Positions 38,679 through 48,241 of a stretch of 64,000 nucleotides of DNA are shown in pieces; position 1 is the first letter of the stretch; each line of letters starts with the position of its first letter. A program made the translations under genes and the position numbers. Below the pieces are notes generated by a model. It did no database searches and was not told the DNA's origin. It saw nothing but the letters and a program-made list of their open reading frames with translations. The DNA is from a virus. The stretch is from IMG/VR virus record IMGVR_UViG_3300034356_000609, positions 35,810 through 99,809 of that record; one strand, written 5' to 3'.

Positions 38679-39153
38679 TAGCTTTAATGTAAAGTTCAGT
38701 TGCTTTTTCAGGGTTGCATAAATCAGCATTGGCTTCTGCTCCCCTAATTAAGAAGTCAACACGGTCAAGGTAATAAAGAATTTTTTCATCTTCGCAGTCT
38801 TGAGCATACTTAGCCCATTGTACTGCAAGTCTACAGTCAATCTTACAAGTACGTAAGTGATATCTAGTACAAGTTCCTACGTCAGGACATACGGCTAAGT
38901 TAAGTGTGTATACACCGTCAGGAAGATCTGTAAATGCTTCAGTCTCACTAGTAGTAAATCCAAATGAGTAGGAATTGAAGATGTTAACTTCTCCCACTAC
39001 AAATGCAAATTCAAACGGAGTATCATATCCTGGAACATAAATTTGTAGGTTTGCTGAGTCAGGTGCAGTTGGATACACTGAAGTATCTAACACCGACAAA
39101 TAGGCACAGTCTTTTGCCTTAAACACTTCGATATTTCTCTGTAAGTTTGCCAT
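38644..39153 (-). CDS. Putative structural protein (tail hub-like)
   Basis: 169 aa; DLPDGVYTL Ig-like segment followed by a Cys-containing helical hairpin; in the structural operon. Confidence 0.55.
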   Translation of the reverse strand: MANLQRNIEVFKAKDCAYLSVLDTSVYPTAPDSANLQIYVPGYDTPFEFAFVVGEVNIFNSYSFGFTTSETEAFTDLPDGVYTLNLAVCPDVGTCTRYHLRTCKIDCRLAVQWAKYAQDCEDEKILYYLDRVDFLIRGAEANADLCNPEKATELYIKANDLLRRFELDC

Positions 39154-39158
39154 AGTTT

Positions 39159-39181
39159 AAAAAGGGGTGGTTTCCCACCCC
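39159..39181 (-). terminator. Intrinsic terminator
   Basis: Minus strand GGGGTGG-GAAA-CCACCCC-TTTTT. Confidence 0.8.
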
Positions 39182-39187
39182 ATTAAA

Positions 39188-39637
39188 TTACATGATTGCA
39201 AATCCAATAGTTACAACTCCAGTGTTTGCAACAACACCACCAAGAGTTACAGTACAAGAACCAGCCACAATACCATCAGTTTGTACTGCCAACACACCAG
39301 AACCTGTTGTGTCATTTACAGTAGCAAGAATGATAGAGTCTGCCTTAATAAAACTATTGTTGAACGTGAATGAAGAAGCTGCACCTGCACCAATAGTAGC
39401 ACTTACAGTTACGATGTCACCAGCAGGCTGATTTAAAGTTACTGCAGTAGTAATACTACCTGATTGAGTTACAACAGCCTTACTTAAAGTTACGTACTTT
39501 ACGCAACAGGTAGGACTCTTCAACAAGTTAACTACGAACTTCTCTAAAGAAGCCCCTGGGACCGCACCTGCTGCAATACTTTTGTTAGTAACTGCAGTCA
39601 CGTACGTACCCATCTTTAAAATAATGTCTTTTCCCAT
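39188..39637 (-). CDS. Putative head decoration/fibre protein
   Basis: 149 aa beta-rich, small-residue-rich; follows the auxiliary capsid gene and is flanked by terminators. Confidence 0.55.
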   Translation of the reverse strand: MGKDIILKMGTYVTAVTNKSIAAGAVPGASLEKFVVNLLKSPTCCVKYVTLSKAVVTQSGSITTAVTLNQPAGDIVTVSATIGAGAASSFTFNNSFIKADSIILATVNDTTGSGVLAVQTDGIVAGSCTVTLGGVVANTGVVTIGFAIM

Positions 39638-39659
39638 TTTGTGTTTTTGTTAAAAAGTT

Positions 39660-39685
39660 AAAAAAAGGGGGAGTATCAGTCCCCC
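39660..39685 (-). terminator. Intrinsic terminator
   Basis: Minus strand GGGGGA-CTGATAC-TCCCCC-TTTTTTT. Confidence 0.75.
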
Positions 39686-39695
39686 AAATTAAATG

Positions 39696-41099
39696 TTAGG
39701 CAGCGAAGTAATTAAAGAATGCCAACACGTTAGCAGTTCCAATAACACCATTTGAAGTTTCATTTGCAGTGTCTACCATAACCAAAATCTCATGGCTATT
39801 AGTTGACTTCTTCTCAAATCCTACTGGAGAATCATCCAAGAATTTGATAGACAACACGTTGTACAACAAAGAGCTGTTTACATACAAGAATTGGTTTACA
39901 TCTTCGTTGTAAATAGGATTCCAGTAGTACACAGACTCAGCAACGTTTGGCAAGTTGTTACGGAAGAAGTGACGCTCCAATTCAGCCATAGCAGAACCTT
40001 GACCAATTGCATAACGAATGTTCTGAGTGGTAGTGATGTACCAAGGAGTTACTACATCGTTGATGTCAAAGTCTTGGGTGCTAAATGGACCTTTGTGTAC
40101 GTTAGCTTGGAATTTAACCAAGTTAAATACGTAAGGAACTGCATCAGGAACACAAGCGTTTCCGAAAGCATCCAAAGCTTTACCTTCCAACTTGATACCA
40201 CAAGTAGTTACTGAACCTGCAGATACCAACTGCTTCTCCCAAATAACACCGTTGAAGCTAGGCATATCAGCTACGTTAGCAATCAAAGGAGTTGCAATTT
40301 CAAACATAGTGTTTCCAGTAGTGTTTGCATCGTCAGCACCGTCAGCATCAGCAGTCAAAGTGATAGTACCATAAGTTCCTGCAGGGTAGTAAGGCTGCAA
40401 AGTAGAAGTGATGTAAGTTGCAGCTGCACCAGTACCGAAACTATCAGGAACTGTCAAAGTGTATTTGTAGGTAGGAGCAGAACCTTTGAATACATGAGTA
40501 GCAGTTACGTACTTGCTCAACAAAGGATGAGCATTAACTTTAGCCACCATCTCATTAATGTAATCGTAGCAGTTCAATGCATCACAACCACCACCACACT
40601 CAGTGCAAGATACAGTTTTAACACGAACTGACTCTTGAATCAAAGGTTGGAATACACCTTTAGACCAGTACTCGTCAATCTTCAAAGTCAAAGTGTACTC
40701 TTCATCACAAGAAAAAGAAGGGCCTTTGAAATCGTTAACTTCGTCAAAACCAATGTAAGTGATTTGCTGTCTTGCAGCAGTTGCGTCAGCAGCTACATAA
40801 GACACTTGAGATACTTTACCCTTCTTAATTACGGGAGATTTAAAGCTTCCGAATTTAGTAGCAGGGAAAGAAGTACCAGTACCCATAGCCAACACAATCT
40901 CTTTGAAAGGTTGAGTAGCTGAAGGAGTAGGAGCACCTGAAGCATAAGCTACAGACTGATAACCAACCAATCTATCAGTACCTGATACATAGGTAGGAGT
41001 AAATACGCCGAAGATACGAGCACCTAGTGCATCGAATCCGTTTCCAGTTGTAACGTATTTGTTAGTAGGAACAAATACTTGTGTAAAATCGTAGTTCAT
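39696..41099 (-). CDS. Putative auxiliary capsid protein
   Basis: 467 aa; third gene after the major capsid gene as in crAss-like phages; followed by a terminator. Confidence 0.6.
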   Translation of the reverse strand: MNYDFTQVFVPTNKYVTTGNGFDALGARIFGVFTPTYVSGTDRLVGYQSVAYASGAPTPSATQPFKEIVLAMGTGTSFPATKFGSFKSPVIKKGKVSQVSYVAADATAARQQITYIGFDEVNDFKGPSFSCDEEYTLTLKIDEYWSKGVFQPLIQESVRVKTVSCTECGGGCDALNCYDYINEMVAKVNAHPLLSKYVTATHVFKGSAPTYKYTLTVPDSFGTGAAATYITSTLQPYYPAGTYGTITLTADADGADDANTTGNTMFEIATPLIANVADMPSFNGVIWEKQLVSAGSVTTCGIKLEGKALDAFGNACVPDAVPYVFNLVKFQANVHKGPFSTQDFDINDVVTPWYITTTQNIRYAIGQGSAMAELERHFFRNNLPNVAESVYYWNPIYNEDVNQFLYVNSSLLYNVLSIKFLDDSPVGFEKKSTNSHEILVMVDTANETSNGVIGTANVLAFFNYFAA

Positions 41100-41111
41100 T
41101 TTGTTTTTTTA

Positions 41112-41828
41112 TTATTCTGTTGTTTTAACATATCTATCCTCTGCAAAGGCGGCTTGTGCCTGGTTATCAGTTGACTGTGCGGCAAACTTACTAGCTAAGT
41201 CTAAAATGTCTGACTTAGCATAATAAGGCAACTCACAATCTTGATTTACTGAGTCAGTACCGTCAATCTTAATATACCCTTCCGAGTCTATTGATTTAGG
41301 ATACCTCAAGTAAGTCAAATAGACATACTCTAGTTCAAACGATCCATCGGTGTATACGATGATGTTATCTTGGCCTATTGTAGCAAATGTAGATCTCCAT
41401 TCATAGGAGGGGCTAAAGTTTGCATCAAAGTACAAAGTTGATAAATCGTTTTGTCTGATTAAATCTACTGTTAAACCTGCATTACAATCCTGCTTACTCG
41501 CTGCTGTGTGTGACATTACATAGAACATGTAATCTGGCACCTGCTTTAAGTCTGCTTTGTAACCTTTATAAAGAACGTCATTTGTTTCTTGTAATGTCAA
41601 GGATTGATTGTCCACCTTAAGGGTCTGCAAATCATCTATGCGTTTCCTCGTGGCTTCATATCCATCCTTGTATATGTTATTCTCCCCTATCTTGGTTTTA
41701 ATCCAAGAGAGCTGGGCTTGGTTTAAGTATACTAAAATATCTTCCAAAGGGACTAACACGTTGTCTTGTCTGTCCATTTTATTTAAGCTTAACTTAAACT
41801 CGTATACCAACTCTTGTACTGGGATCAT
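41112..41828 (-). CDS. Putative ring/adaptor protein
   Basis: 238 aa; YLNQAQ, GYEATRKRIDDLQTL, YLTYLRYP, CELP motifs; conserved position after the major capsid gene. Confidence 0.65.
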   Translation of the reverse strand: MIPVQELVYEFKLSLNKMDRQDNVLVPLEDILVYLNQAQLSWIKTKIGENNIYKDGYEATRKRIDDLQTLKVDNQSLTLQETNDVLYKGYKADLKQVPDYMFYVMSHTAASKQDCNAGLTVDLIRQNDLSTLYFDANFSPSYEWRSTFATIGQDNIIVYTDGSFELEYVYLTYLRYPKSIDSEGYIKIDGTDSVNQDCELPYYAKSDILDLASKFAAQSTDNQAQAAFAEDRYVKTTE

Positions 41829-41829
41829 A

Positions 41830-42771
41830 TTATATTGTTGTGAACTTCAATTTTGCTTTTAACTTGTCCTTAAAGGAATCAAATACCTCTGAGTTCTTTG
41901 GGTCTGCCAAGTAGAGTTCAAACTCTTCAATTGACTTAGACCAAATGTGATCTCCCTCATAGACAATAGAACCTTTAATTCTAACTATATTCTTATCAAC
42001 TAAGTCTCTGATTAATGACTTGATAGCCAAAATCTCGTCACTGTAGTTGACAATCTTTGTGAATGCAGTGATTGGATCTTTATCAAGTGCACTTGCAGGG
42101 ATACGCAAATACTCGTCTAGAGCATTGTATACTTCCTCCTCACTTGAATCTCCAGCCAATCCTAATCCTAGTAACTTCTGAACCCTCTTACGTTTAACTG
42201 CAGTCATTTTATCCAAGGCTGCAATCGCACTGTTGATTTTCTTCTTCCGTTCAAAAGATGTTTTAGATTCCACTTCTCCATCATGTACGTAGAATCGTAC
42301 AATTGATGTGTCTGCTTTACCTGAGTTAATCTCTTCCATACTTGAAGCTACCACTTCTGTCTCCATCAACCAGTAAAAGTTGACAGCGTCTCGTGGATTC
42401 TCTAAGTTAAAGATGTTATCTCCATCTACTAGGGTAAAACCATTCTCTTTTATTTCGTCATAGAACGTACTTGTAGGGTCGAGACTTTCATCTAAGATAG
42501 ATTCGTAGTAAGTTTTTACATTCTTAATACGTTCCATCTCTTGCTCCCTGATTTCTAAGTCGTCAATGGCACGCAATTTCATTGCGGTTTCATCTAGACC
42601 TGTTCGTATTACTCCTCGTGAGTCAACACGGGGGTAAAACTTTTTAGATGTTCCTGGGATAAAATTATATCCCTCTCTAAATAACGAGCCTTCTAGAGTT
42701 CTAGCACTAGCGGGCTCTTTGCGATAAGGTCTGATGATCTTAACGCCCTTGGCAAATTGATTTCCTTTCAT
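41830..42771 (-). CDS. Conserved crAss-like protein following the major capsid gene
   Basis: 313 aa; FNLENPRD and YLADPKN segments; synteny. Confidence 0.6.
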   Translation of the reverse strand: MKGNQFAKGVKIIRPYRKEPASARTLEGSLFREGYNFIPGTSKKFYPRVDSRGVIRTGLDETAMKLRAIDDLEIREQEMERIKNVKTYYESILDESLDPTSTFYDEIKENGFTLVDGDNIFNLENPRDAVNFYWLMETEVVASSMEEINSGKADTSIVRFYVHDGEVESKTSFERKKKINSAIAALDKMTAVKRKRVQKLLGLGLAGDSSEEEVYNALDEYLRIPASALDKDPITAFTKIVNYSDEILAIKSLIRDLVDKNIVRIKGSIVYEGDHIWSKSIEEFELYLADPKNSEVFDSFKDKLKAKLKFTTI

Positions 42772-42812
42772 TATTGTGGTTGATTGTTTTTGGTTAATCT
42801 TATATCTTTATT

Positions 42813-42838
42813 AGGGGAGAGTCGTAAAACTCTCCCCT
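42813..42838. terminator. Strong hairpin after the major capsid gene
   Basis: AGGGGAGAGT-CGTAAA-ACTCTCCCCT; the T-run lies on the plus-strand side, so on the coding strand it may be a stabilising or processing stem. Confidence 0.55.
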
Positions 42839-42855
42839 TTTAAAGACCGTCTAGA

Positions 42856-44385
42856 TTAGAGACGTGGGTATTCTTTAATGATTACTGTACGGGTAGGATC
42901 TTCCAAGAAGATACCGCAGAAATCCTTCATGATGTAAGTAGAATATGGATCTTTGTTAGCAATTACTGTTTGCTGAGAACCGAATCCTACTGAACCAGGG
43001 ATATACTGATAGTACATGTTAGGACGAGTAGACAACTTCACCTCACGGATACCAGCGTCTTCTTGACCAGATACATCCAAGATGATGAAGATTGGAGGAG
43101 TCTTTTTGTTAGGACCCAACTCCAAGAAAGTTGCATGCATGTTCAACTGTTCCAATTCAACGAACTCAACAGGACCAGTTTCAGTAGTCATGTAGTGGTC
43201 AAATTGCAATGCGTAACCTTGCTTCAAACGATCTTTACCATCCATAAACTTGTCAGCATTCAACATGAATCCTGCGTTGTTAAAGTCTTTCTTGATAGCA
43301 GTAGAAGCCAACTCCATACCTGAACGGTTGGTGTAGATTTTAATGCTACGGTCAGTGATTTTAACACGGTTGTAAAACAAGTCACCTACAGCAGAACGAA
43401 TCAAGTTCAAAGAGAACTGACCACGGTCATACTGGATAACGTTACCCAAGTGCAACTGCTGCCACAAACCTTGCTTCATACGAGTAGAACGACCTTTCTC
43501 GTCTTTGGTGTTACCCTGACGACCCCACATCATAATGTTGGCCTTCATACGCATCATTTCCATACGCAACAAACGAGATACAGTTGGTTCCCAACCTACA
43601 ATTTTAGTTTTCTCAGCTTCAGCAGTAGGATCAGTCAAAGTGTAGTAGGTCAAATCCATAGGATTACCTGTAGCATCAGTTTGCATACCCAACTTAGTGG
43701 CATCAGCCCAGTCAGTGATAGTGTGTTCTACACCATATTGTTGCAATACGTCAGCCATAACTTCCAAGTGACCATCAAACAATCCCAAGCTAGAGAATGA
43801 AGTGGTGTACTCACCCAATACGTTACCAATCTTGAAGTACTCTACTCCAATAGTCAAGAAACGTTGGTTAACGAAGTCAGTAGAAGTTGCACCAGCGGCA
43901 CGACAACGATACTTGAAACCGTTTTGGAAACGCTCGGGCTCAGATACAATCTGAATCAAAGTTTCTTGCTCGTAGCGGTGAGCACTAATAATGTCGTTAG
44001 CTACAAAACCTTGTTTGTCAAATACAATCTCGAACTCTTGACCATCGATACCTGGTTTGGCAACGGTGTCTGCAAAGTTTGCAATGATTTTAGGAAGTTC
44101 AGAAGCCTTCTTGATTTTGTACGTAAATACACCATTAGGATCATTTACTTGAAAAGGCTTGCCTGTCTTCATTACTAAGTCCAACAAATCGTTAGAATAC
44201 AATTTGGTGTCAGTAAATAGACGCAACATAACCTTGTCATACTGATCAGGCTTGGTCTTCAACATTGACTCAACAAAGTTTTTGTCAGTCAGTTTACCCA
44301 AACTATTCTTTGAATAGTATGAGCTGGTAACGTGGGCGTTGGCTATAACGCGTCCGTTAACTCTGGAAATGGATTGATTTGGCAT
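42856..44385 (-). CDS. Major capsid protein (crAss-like, HK97 fold)
   Basis: 509 aa; order terL-portal-scaffold-MCP; KPGIDGQEFEI, GLWQQL and terminal CGIFLEDPTRT segments; downstream hairpin. Confidence 0.85.
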   Translation of the reverse strand: MPNQSISRVNGRVIANAHVTSSYYSKNSLGKLTDKNFVESMLKTKPDQYDKVMLRLFTDTKLYSNDLLDLVMKTGKPFQVNDPNGVFTYKIKKASELPKIIANFADTVAKPGIDGQEFEIVFDKQGFVANDIISAHRYEQETLIQIVSEPERFQNGFKYRCRAAGATSTDFVNQRFLTIGVEYFKIGNVLGEYTTSFSSLGLFDGHLEVMADVLQQYGVEHTITDWADATKLGMQTDATGNPMDLTYYTLTDPTAEAEKTKIVGWEPTVSRLLRMEMMRMKANIMMWGRQGNTKDEKGRSTRMKQGLWQQLHLGNVIQYDRGQFSLNLIRSAVGDLFYNRVKITDRSIKIYTNRSGMELASTAIKKDFNNAGFMLNADKFMDGKDRLKQGYALQFDHYMTTETGPVEFVELEQLNMHATFLELGPNKKTPPIFIILDVSGQEDAGIREVKLSTRPNMYYQYIPGSVGFGSQQTVIANKDPYSTYIMKDFCGIFLEDPTRTVIIKEYPRL

Positions 44386-44416
44386 TTTATGTTTGTTTTA
44401 TGTGTTCTTAAAAGTT

Positions 44417-45589
44417 TTAACGTCCGAAGAAACTACTAAAGAGTTGTGTCTCTTTCTTTGTCTCTGTCTTCTGTCCCCTCTTAGATTTATTCTGGAGTTC
44501 CTTAAAAATACTATTGGTTTCTTCAGTTACACCTTTCTTCTTTACAGGAGACAGGTCTAAATCTGCTTGCACCAATCTTGCTACTGCTAAGAACTTTTGT
44601 GGTTCTTCCTGACGCATCTTAGCTAATGTATATTCAAACTCACTAATCTTCTGTCCGTTAGGAAGCTGATAGTTTCTGTCTGTTACATAGTTAAATAAAG
44701 TGCTGGCTTCATTTTGAGTAATGGGATATCCATTAATGTCACCTTGTTTAATAGCACCCTCCAAAGTTTTAATATAAGATTCTTGACGAACCTGCTCTCT
44801 TTCTTGGGCCTCTTTAACTTTCTGTGCACTCTGTACTGCTAGGGTTTCACGTTCTTGACGACTTCTTTCTAGTAACTTGGCGTAGTACTTTTCACTAAAG
44901 GTTTCTAGCTTGTTAGTCTTTAATGCATATTCTAACTGCTCTTCTACCTCATCTTGGTCAAGTCCTGTGCGAGACAAATACTCACGGAAGATTGCCTCTT
45001 GATTACGTTGGTCTGTTAAGTCAATATTCTCAAGTGCAATTTGTTCGTTGTACTTAGCAAGATATGTCTGAACAGGTACCTTATTAATAAAGAGATCTTT
45101 TACTAACTCTAGTCCTTCTTGTCCGTAAGCTTCTACGGCAATCTCTTCTAGTTGTTTCCAAGCTTTATTCTCAATGGTAGTAGACATCATTTCTAAGAAA
45201 CTGTCTTCTGTCCATTCAACTTGTTCTGGATCTATCTCTTCACCTAAGTCAAAGTGTCCTGCTCTAAGCAATCCTTTGCCAAAAGCTTCGTAGTAGTTAA
45301 TCTCTTCTCCCTCTTCTTCACCTTCTAGTGGAGCAGATTCTTCTGTATCTTCTTCAGTCTCTAAAGGTTCTGCGGGAAGTTCAGGTTTAGCTGCGGGAGC
45401 TGGTTGTGCACTTGGATTAGGAAGGTCGTCTTCATCTAACTCCATCTTCTCACCACTAAGAATATCAGGGGCTAAGTTGGCATTAGGGTCGTACGTGGGT
45501 TCTCCTAGCGGATCATCAGTAGCAAAATTTTCAAAGAACTCTAGGTTGTCTAAACCTAATTGGTCGTTTTCGGGTTGGTTATTATTCAT
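44417..45589 (-). CDS. Putative scaffolding protein
   Basis: 390 aa, very acidic N-terminus and coiled-coil; between portal and major capsid genes. Confidence 0.65.
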   Translation of the reverse strand: MNNNQPENDQLGLDNLEFFENFATDDPLGEPTYDPNANLAPDILSGEKMELDEDDLPNPSAQPAPAAKPELPAEPLETEEDTEESAPLEGEEEGEEINYYEAFGKGLLRAGHFDLGEEIDPEQVEWTEDSFLEMMSTTIENKAWKQLEEIAVEAYGQEGLELVKDLFINKVPVQTYLAKYNEQIALENIDLTDQRNQEAIFREYLSRTGLDQDEVEEQLEYALKTNKLETFSEKYYAKLLERSRQERETLAVQSAQKVKEAQEREQVRQESYIKTLEGAIKQGDINGYPITQNEASTLFNYVTDRNYQLPNGQKISEFEYTLAKMRQEEPQKFLAVARLVQADLDLSPVKKKGVTEETNSIFKELQNKSKRGQKTETKKETQLFSSFFGR

Positions 45590-45620
45590 GACAATATATG
45601 TTGGTCGGCTTGTCTGGTTT

Positions 45621-45650
45621 CAAAATTATAGCAATAAAAAATTAACGCAA
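45621..45650 (-). promoter_or_regulatory. Bacteroidota sigma70-type promoter for the head operon
   Basis: Minus strand TTG-N19-TAATTTTG upstream of the scaffold gene. Confidence 0.75.
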
Positions 45651-45694
45651 GAGGTTAAAAAAAGTGCGTGTGTGAATATAGCTAAACTTTTTTC

Positions 45695-48142
45695 TTATTT
45701 TTTCTTGTCAAACTTATTCTTGTTTGTTTTGGCTATTTTAAGCTTTGCATCGATATCTTTTTCCTTAATATCTAACTCTCTCTGCTTTAAACTTACCTGC
45801 TGGTCGTTCTTATTTTGCTCGAATCTTCTCATAGATTCTTGCTGAGCAGCTTTGGTTTGTTCGATTACCAATGGAGTTAAATCTTTATCGGAATAGGAAG
45901 ATTCATTTGCAATAGCCTGTAGCTTAACAATCTCAAGTTTATTCTGACGATCAAGTTCTTTGTTCATATCCTCACGCTCATTGTCCTCTTGTCTGCGTTG
46001 CTCATCAATCTGCATCTTTTGTTGGAACTGTTGTTGTTGCATTTCCATCTCTTGTTGCTTTTGCTGCATACCTTGTTGTTGCATTGCCATCTTACGGTCT
46101 TGTACTCCTTGTAAGATATGACGTAAACTCCTCTCGGAAGATGCAGTGTACAAGTCAAAGATTTCTATTAACTCAGCACCATTTTGAAGAGCAGGTTGTG
46201 CAAGACTTCTCAATTGTTCTAGTGTTACTTTGTCTTCTGCGTAAGAAGTTACAAATACAAACAATTCTCTAAGTAGTTCATTTTTAGTTACTTTCAAGAA
46301 CACAGACTCAAGTTCTGAGTTTAAGTAATTTAAAGTAGAGGTAGGTTTCTGCAACTCGGTGTACTGTGCCATCTCAAGCATAGTTTGATATACTTGCTGC
46401 ATGGTATTGTCGTGCCAAGAAAACCAAGTTTCAGTTTGTGCAAATGATTGTGTTAAACCTTCCTTAGTTGCTGTAGCAGTTTCTGACGCTGAAGGAGAAC
46501 CCAACCTTTGTCTTGTAATACCTACAAGTTCATAAGCCTCATTCCTTAATGCTTGTGCTAACTGAATACGAGATTGAATCTCTGCAGTTCTAGTTAAGTC
46601 AACACGTGACATTTGATTGAACTGCACGGCACCTCCAGTATTTTCTGGTGATGTATCAATAAAAAGTGCTCCTCTATTCTTAGCATTCCAAAGCATTGTT
46701 TCGATAGGATCTTGGGAATCTTTCTTAGGAACTACTTTTAAGTCACCTAAGAATACAACCCCAATCTCCTTTTCTAGCAATTCCCACAATTGGTTCATAC
46801 AGATATTGTAAAGAACCTGATAAGGCTTAAGAAGGTCTAAGAGTGATTTACCTTGAGTGTTACGAGTAGTGTTAACTATCCCTACAATAGGAGGAGTTTG
46901 GCTATACTCTAGTGGCTCTACGTCAATGTAAATGTCCGCACCTATCTTAACACCTTTCCACCACTCGTTAATCCACAATTCGTCTAGAGCAATATCTCCT
47001 AACTCCTTGTTAAATTTATACTCCTCAGAGACAAACTGCTCCTGCATGTAGCCCTCTTCATCTATGTATTGGCGTTTGTAAATCTTTTTCTTTGACTGCC
47101 AATAAGAAGTAACTACTGTATATGCGTGTTGTGAGTTGAATGAGAATACGTTGTGGTCAATACCACCATTGGCAAAGTCACCTACGTTTTCAAATGTCAA
47201 CTGCCACAAGGGGTCATTAGGGTCAGGTAGTGCAACAGACAAAGGGGAATATTCATTGTTGCGGAGGTTTTGCAAACTCTTAGTAGTTAGGTGTTTTACT
47301 TCCTCTCCACTTAAGTTAAACCTTTCTACTATCTCACTAACTGACAATACTTCAATTGTACCTAAAGCCCAACAGTCTGTAGTGTACATAGCGTTACGAT
47401 TTGCCAAGTACCAAACGTTAGATGGGTTTTCTACCTTGTAATTAAACCCTACTCTAGAGTTGTCTGGGTAAAAGTGGTGAAACTCTTGTCCTGTTATAAG
47501 AAAGTCTAAGAACGCTTGGTTTGACTTTTCCTTTAGTTTAAAACTATATTTAAGTGCGTTCAGGACTTTGTTGCCCCACTCCTCTGCCGTTGATGTATAG
47601 TCTAATACTTTCTTTTGTATCTCTTCCATCATTTGAGCCTGTACCTGCTCTAATTGCTCTTCAGGTACACCCTCTAAACTTGAGTACATCTTATTTATAA
47701 AGAACTCTTTTATAAGCTCCGTACGATAGTCAATGTTCTCATCAATGCTGTGGTCATCTACTGCCTTAACCTTATATTTAAAAGGTCTATTAATCAATTC
47801 ACCACGTAACTGATTAATAGGTGGGTTAACTATTGGATAATGTTTAAGATGCTGAGGAATTTCTGGCTCTTGATCAGGAGTATCTGACAAGTAATTAATA
47901 ATCTCTTGTATCTGGGGCTCATTACTATAATCGTCAAAGTTAAATTCTCCGTTGAATAATCTATAATTCTTCCTATACTTTATGTTTTGCCTGTACTGTG
48001 CAAATGCAATATTTGCAAAGTAATCCAACGTAGACTTAATCCATTGAGGCTTTTGCTTCTTAGCTGCGCTAATAAACTGCTCTGGGTAAAAGTAGCTATG
48101 ATTTAGCGGATCGGTATATTCCTTTAAGGATTCTATAATCAT
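45695..48142 (-). CDS. Portal protein
   Basis: 815 aa after terL; HYPIVNPPINQLRGELINRP, WINEWWKGVKIG, SLLDLLKPYQVLYNI, GITRQRLG; Q-rich C-terminal coiled coil. Confidence 0.9.
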   Translation of the reverse strand: MIIESLKEYTDPLNHSYFYPEQFISAAKKQKPQWIKSTLDYFANIAFAQYRQNIKYRKNYRLFNGEFNFDDYSNEPQIQEIINYLSDTPDQEPEIPQHLKHYPIVNPPINQLRGELINRPFKYKVKAVDDHSIDENIDYRTELIKEFFINKMYSSLEGVPEEQLEQVQAQMMEEIQKKVLDYTSTAEEWGNKVLNALKYSFKLKEKSNQAFLDFLITGQEFHHFYPDNSRVGFNYKVENPSNVWYLANRNAMYTTDCWALGTIEVLSVSEIVERFNLSGEEVKHLTTKSLQNLRNNEYSPLSVALPDPNDPLWQLTFENVGDFANGGIDHNVFSFNSQHAYTVVTSYWQSKKKIYKRQYIDEEGYMQEQFVSEEYKFNKELGDIALDELWINEWWKGVKIGADIYIDVEPLEYSQTPPIVGIVNTTRNTQGKSLLDLLKPYQVLYNICMNQLWELLEKEIGVVFLGDLKVVPKKDSQDPIETMLWNAKNRGALFIDTSPENTGGAVQFNQMSRVDLTRTAEIQSRIQLAQALRNEAYELVGITRQRLGSPSASETATATKEGLTQSFAQTETWFSWHDNTMQQVYQTMLEMAQYTELQKPTSTLNYLNSELESVFLKVTKNELLRELFVFVTSYAEDKVTLEQLRSLAQPALQNGAELIEIFDLYTASSERSLRHILQGVQDRKMAMQQQGMQQKQQEMEMQQQQFQQKMQIDEQRRQEDNEREDMNKELDRQNKLEIVKLQAIANESSYSDKDLTPLVIEQTKAAQQESMRRFEQNKNDQQVSLKQRELDIKEKDIDAKLKIAKTNKNKFDKKK

Positions 48143-48241
48143 AATAATTTATGTTAATGGCTTAACTTTTAAAGTATAACTCGCCGTAAAAATAATACCA
48201 AATCTTAATTTTGGTACACCTAAAGTTAAAAATCAACAATT

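Noticed and set aside
48143-48241. Promoter upstream of the portal gene
   Set aside because: Best candidates (AAGATTTG, TATACTTT) do not match TAnnTTTG with a correctly spaced TTG.
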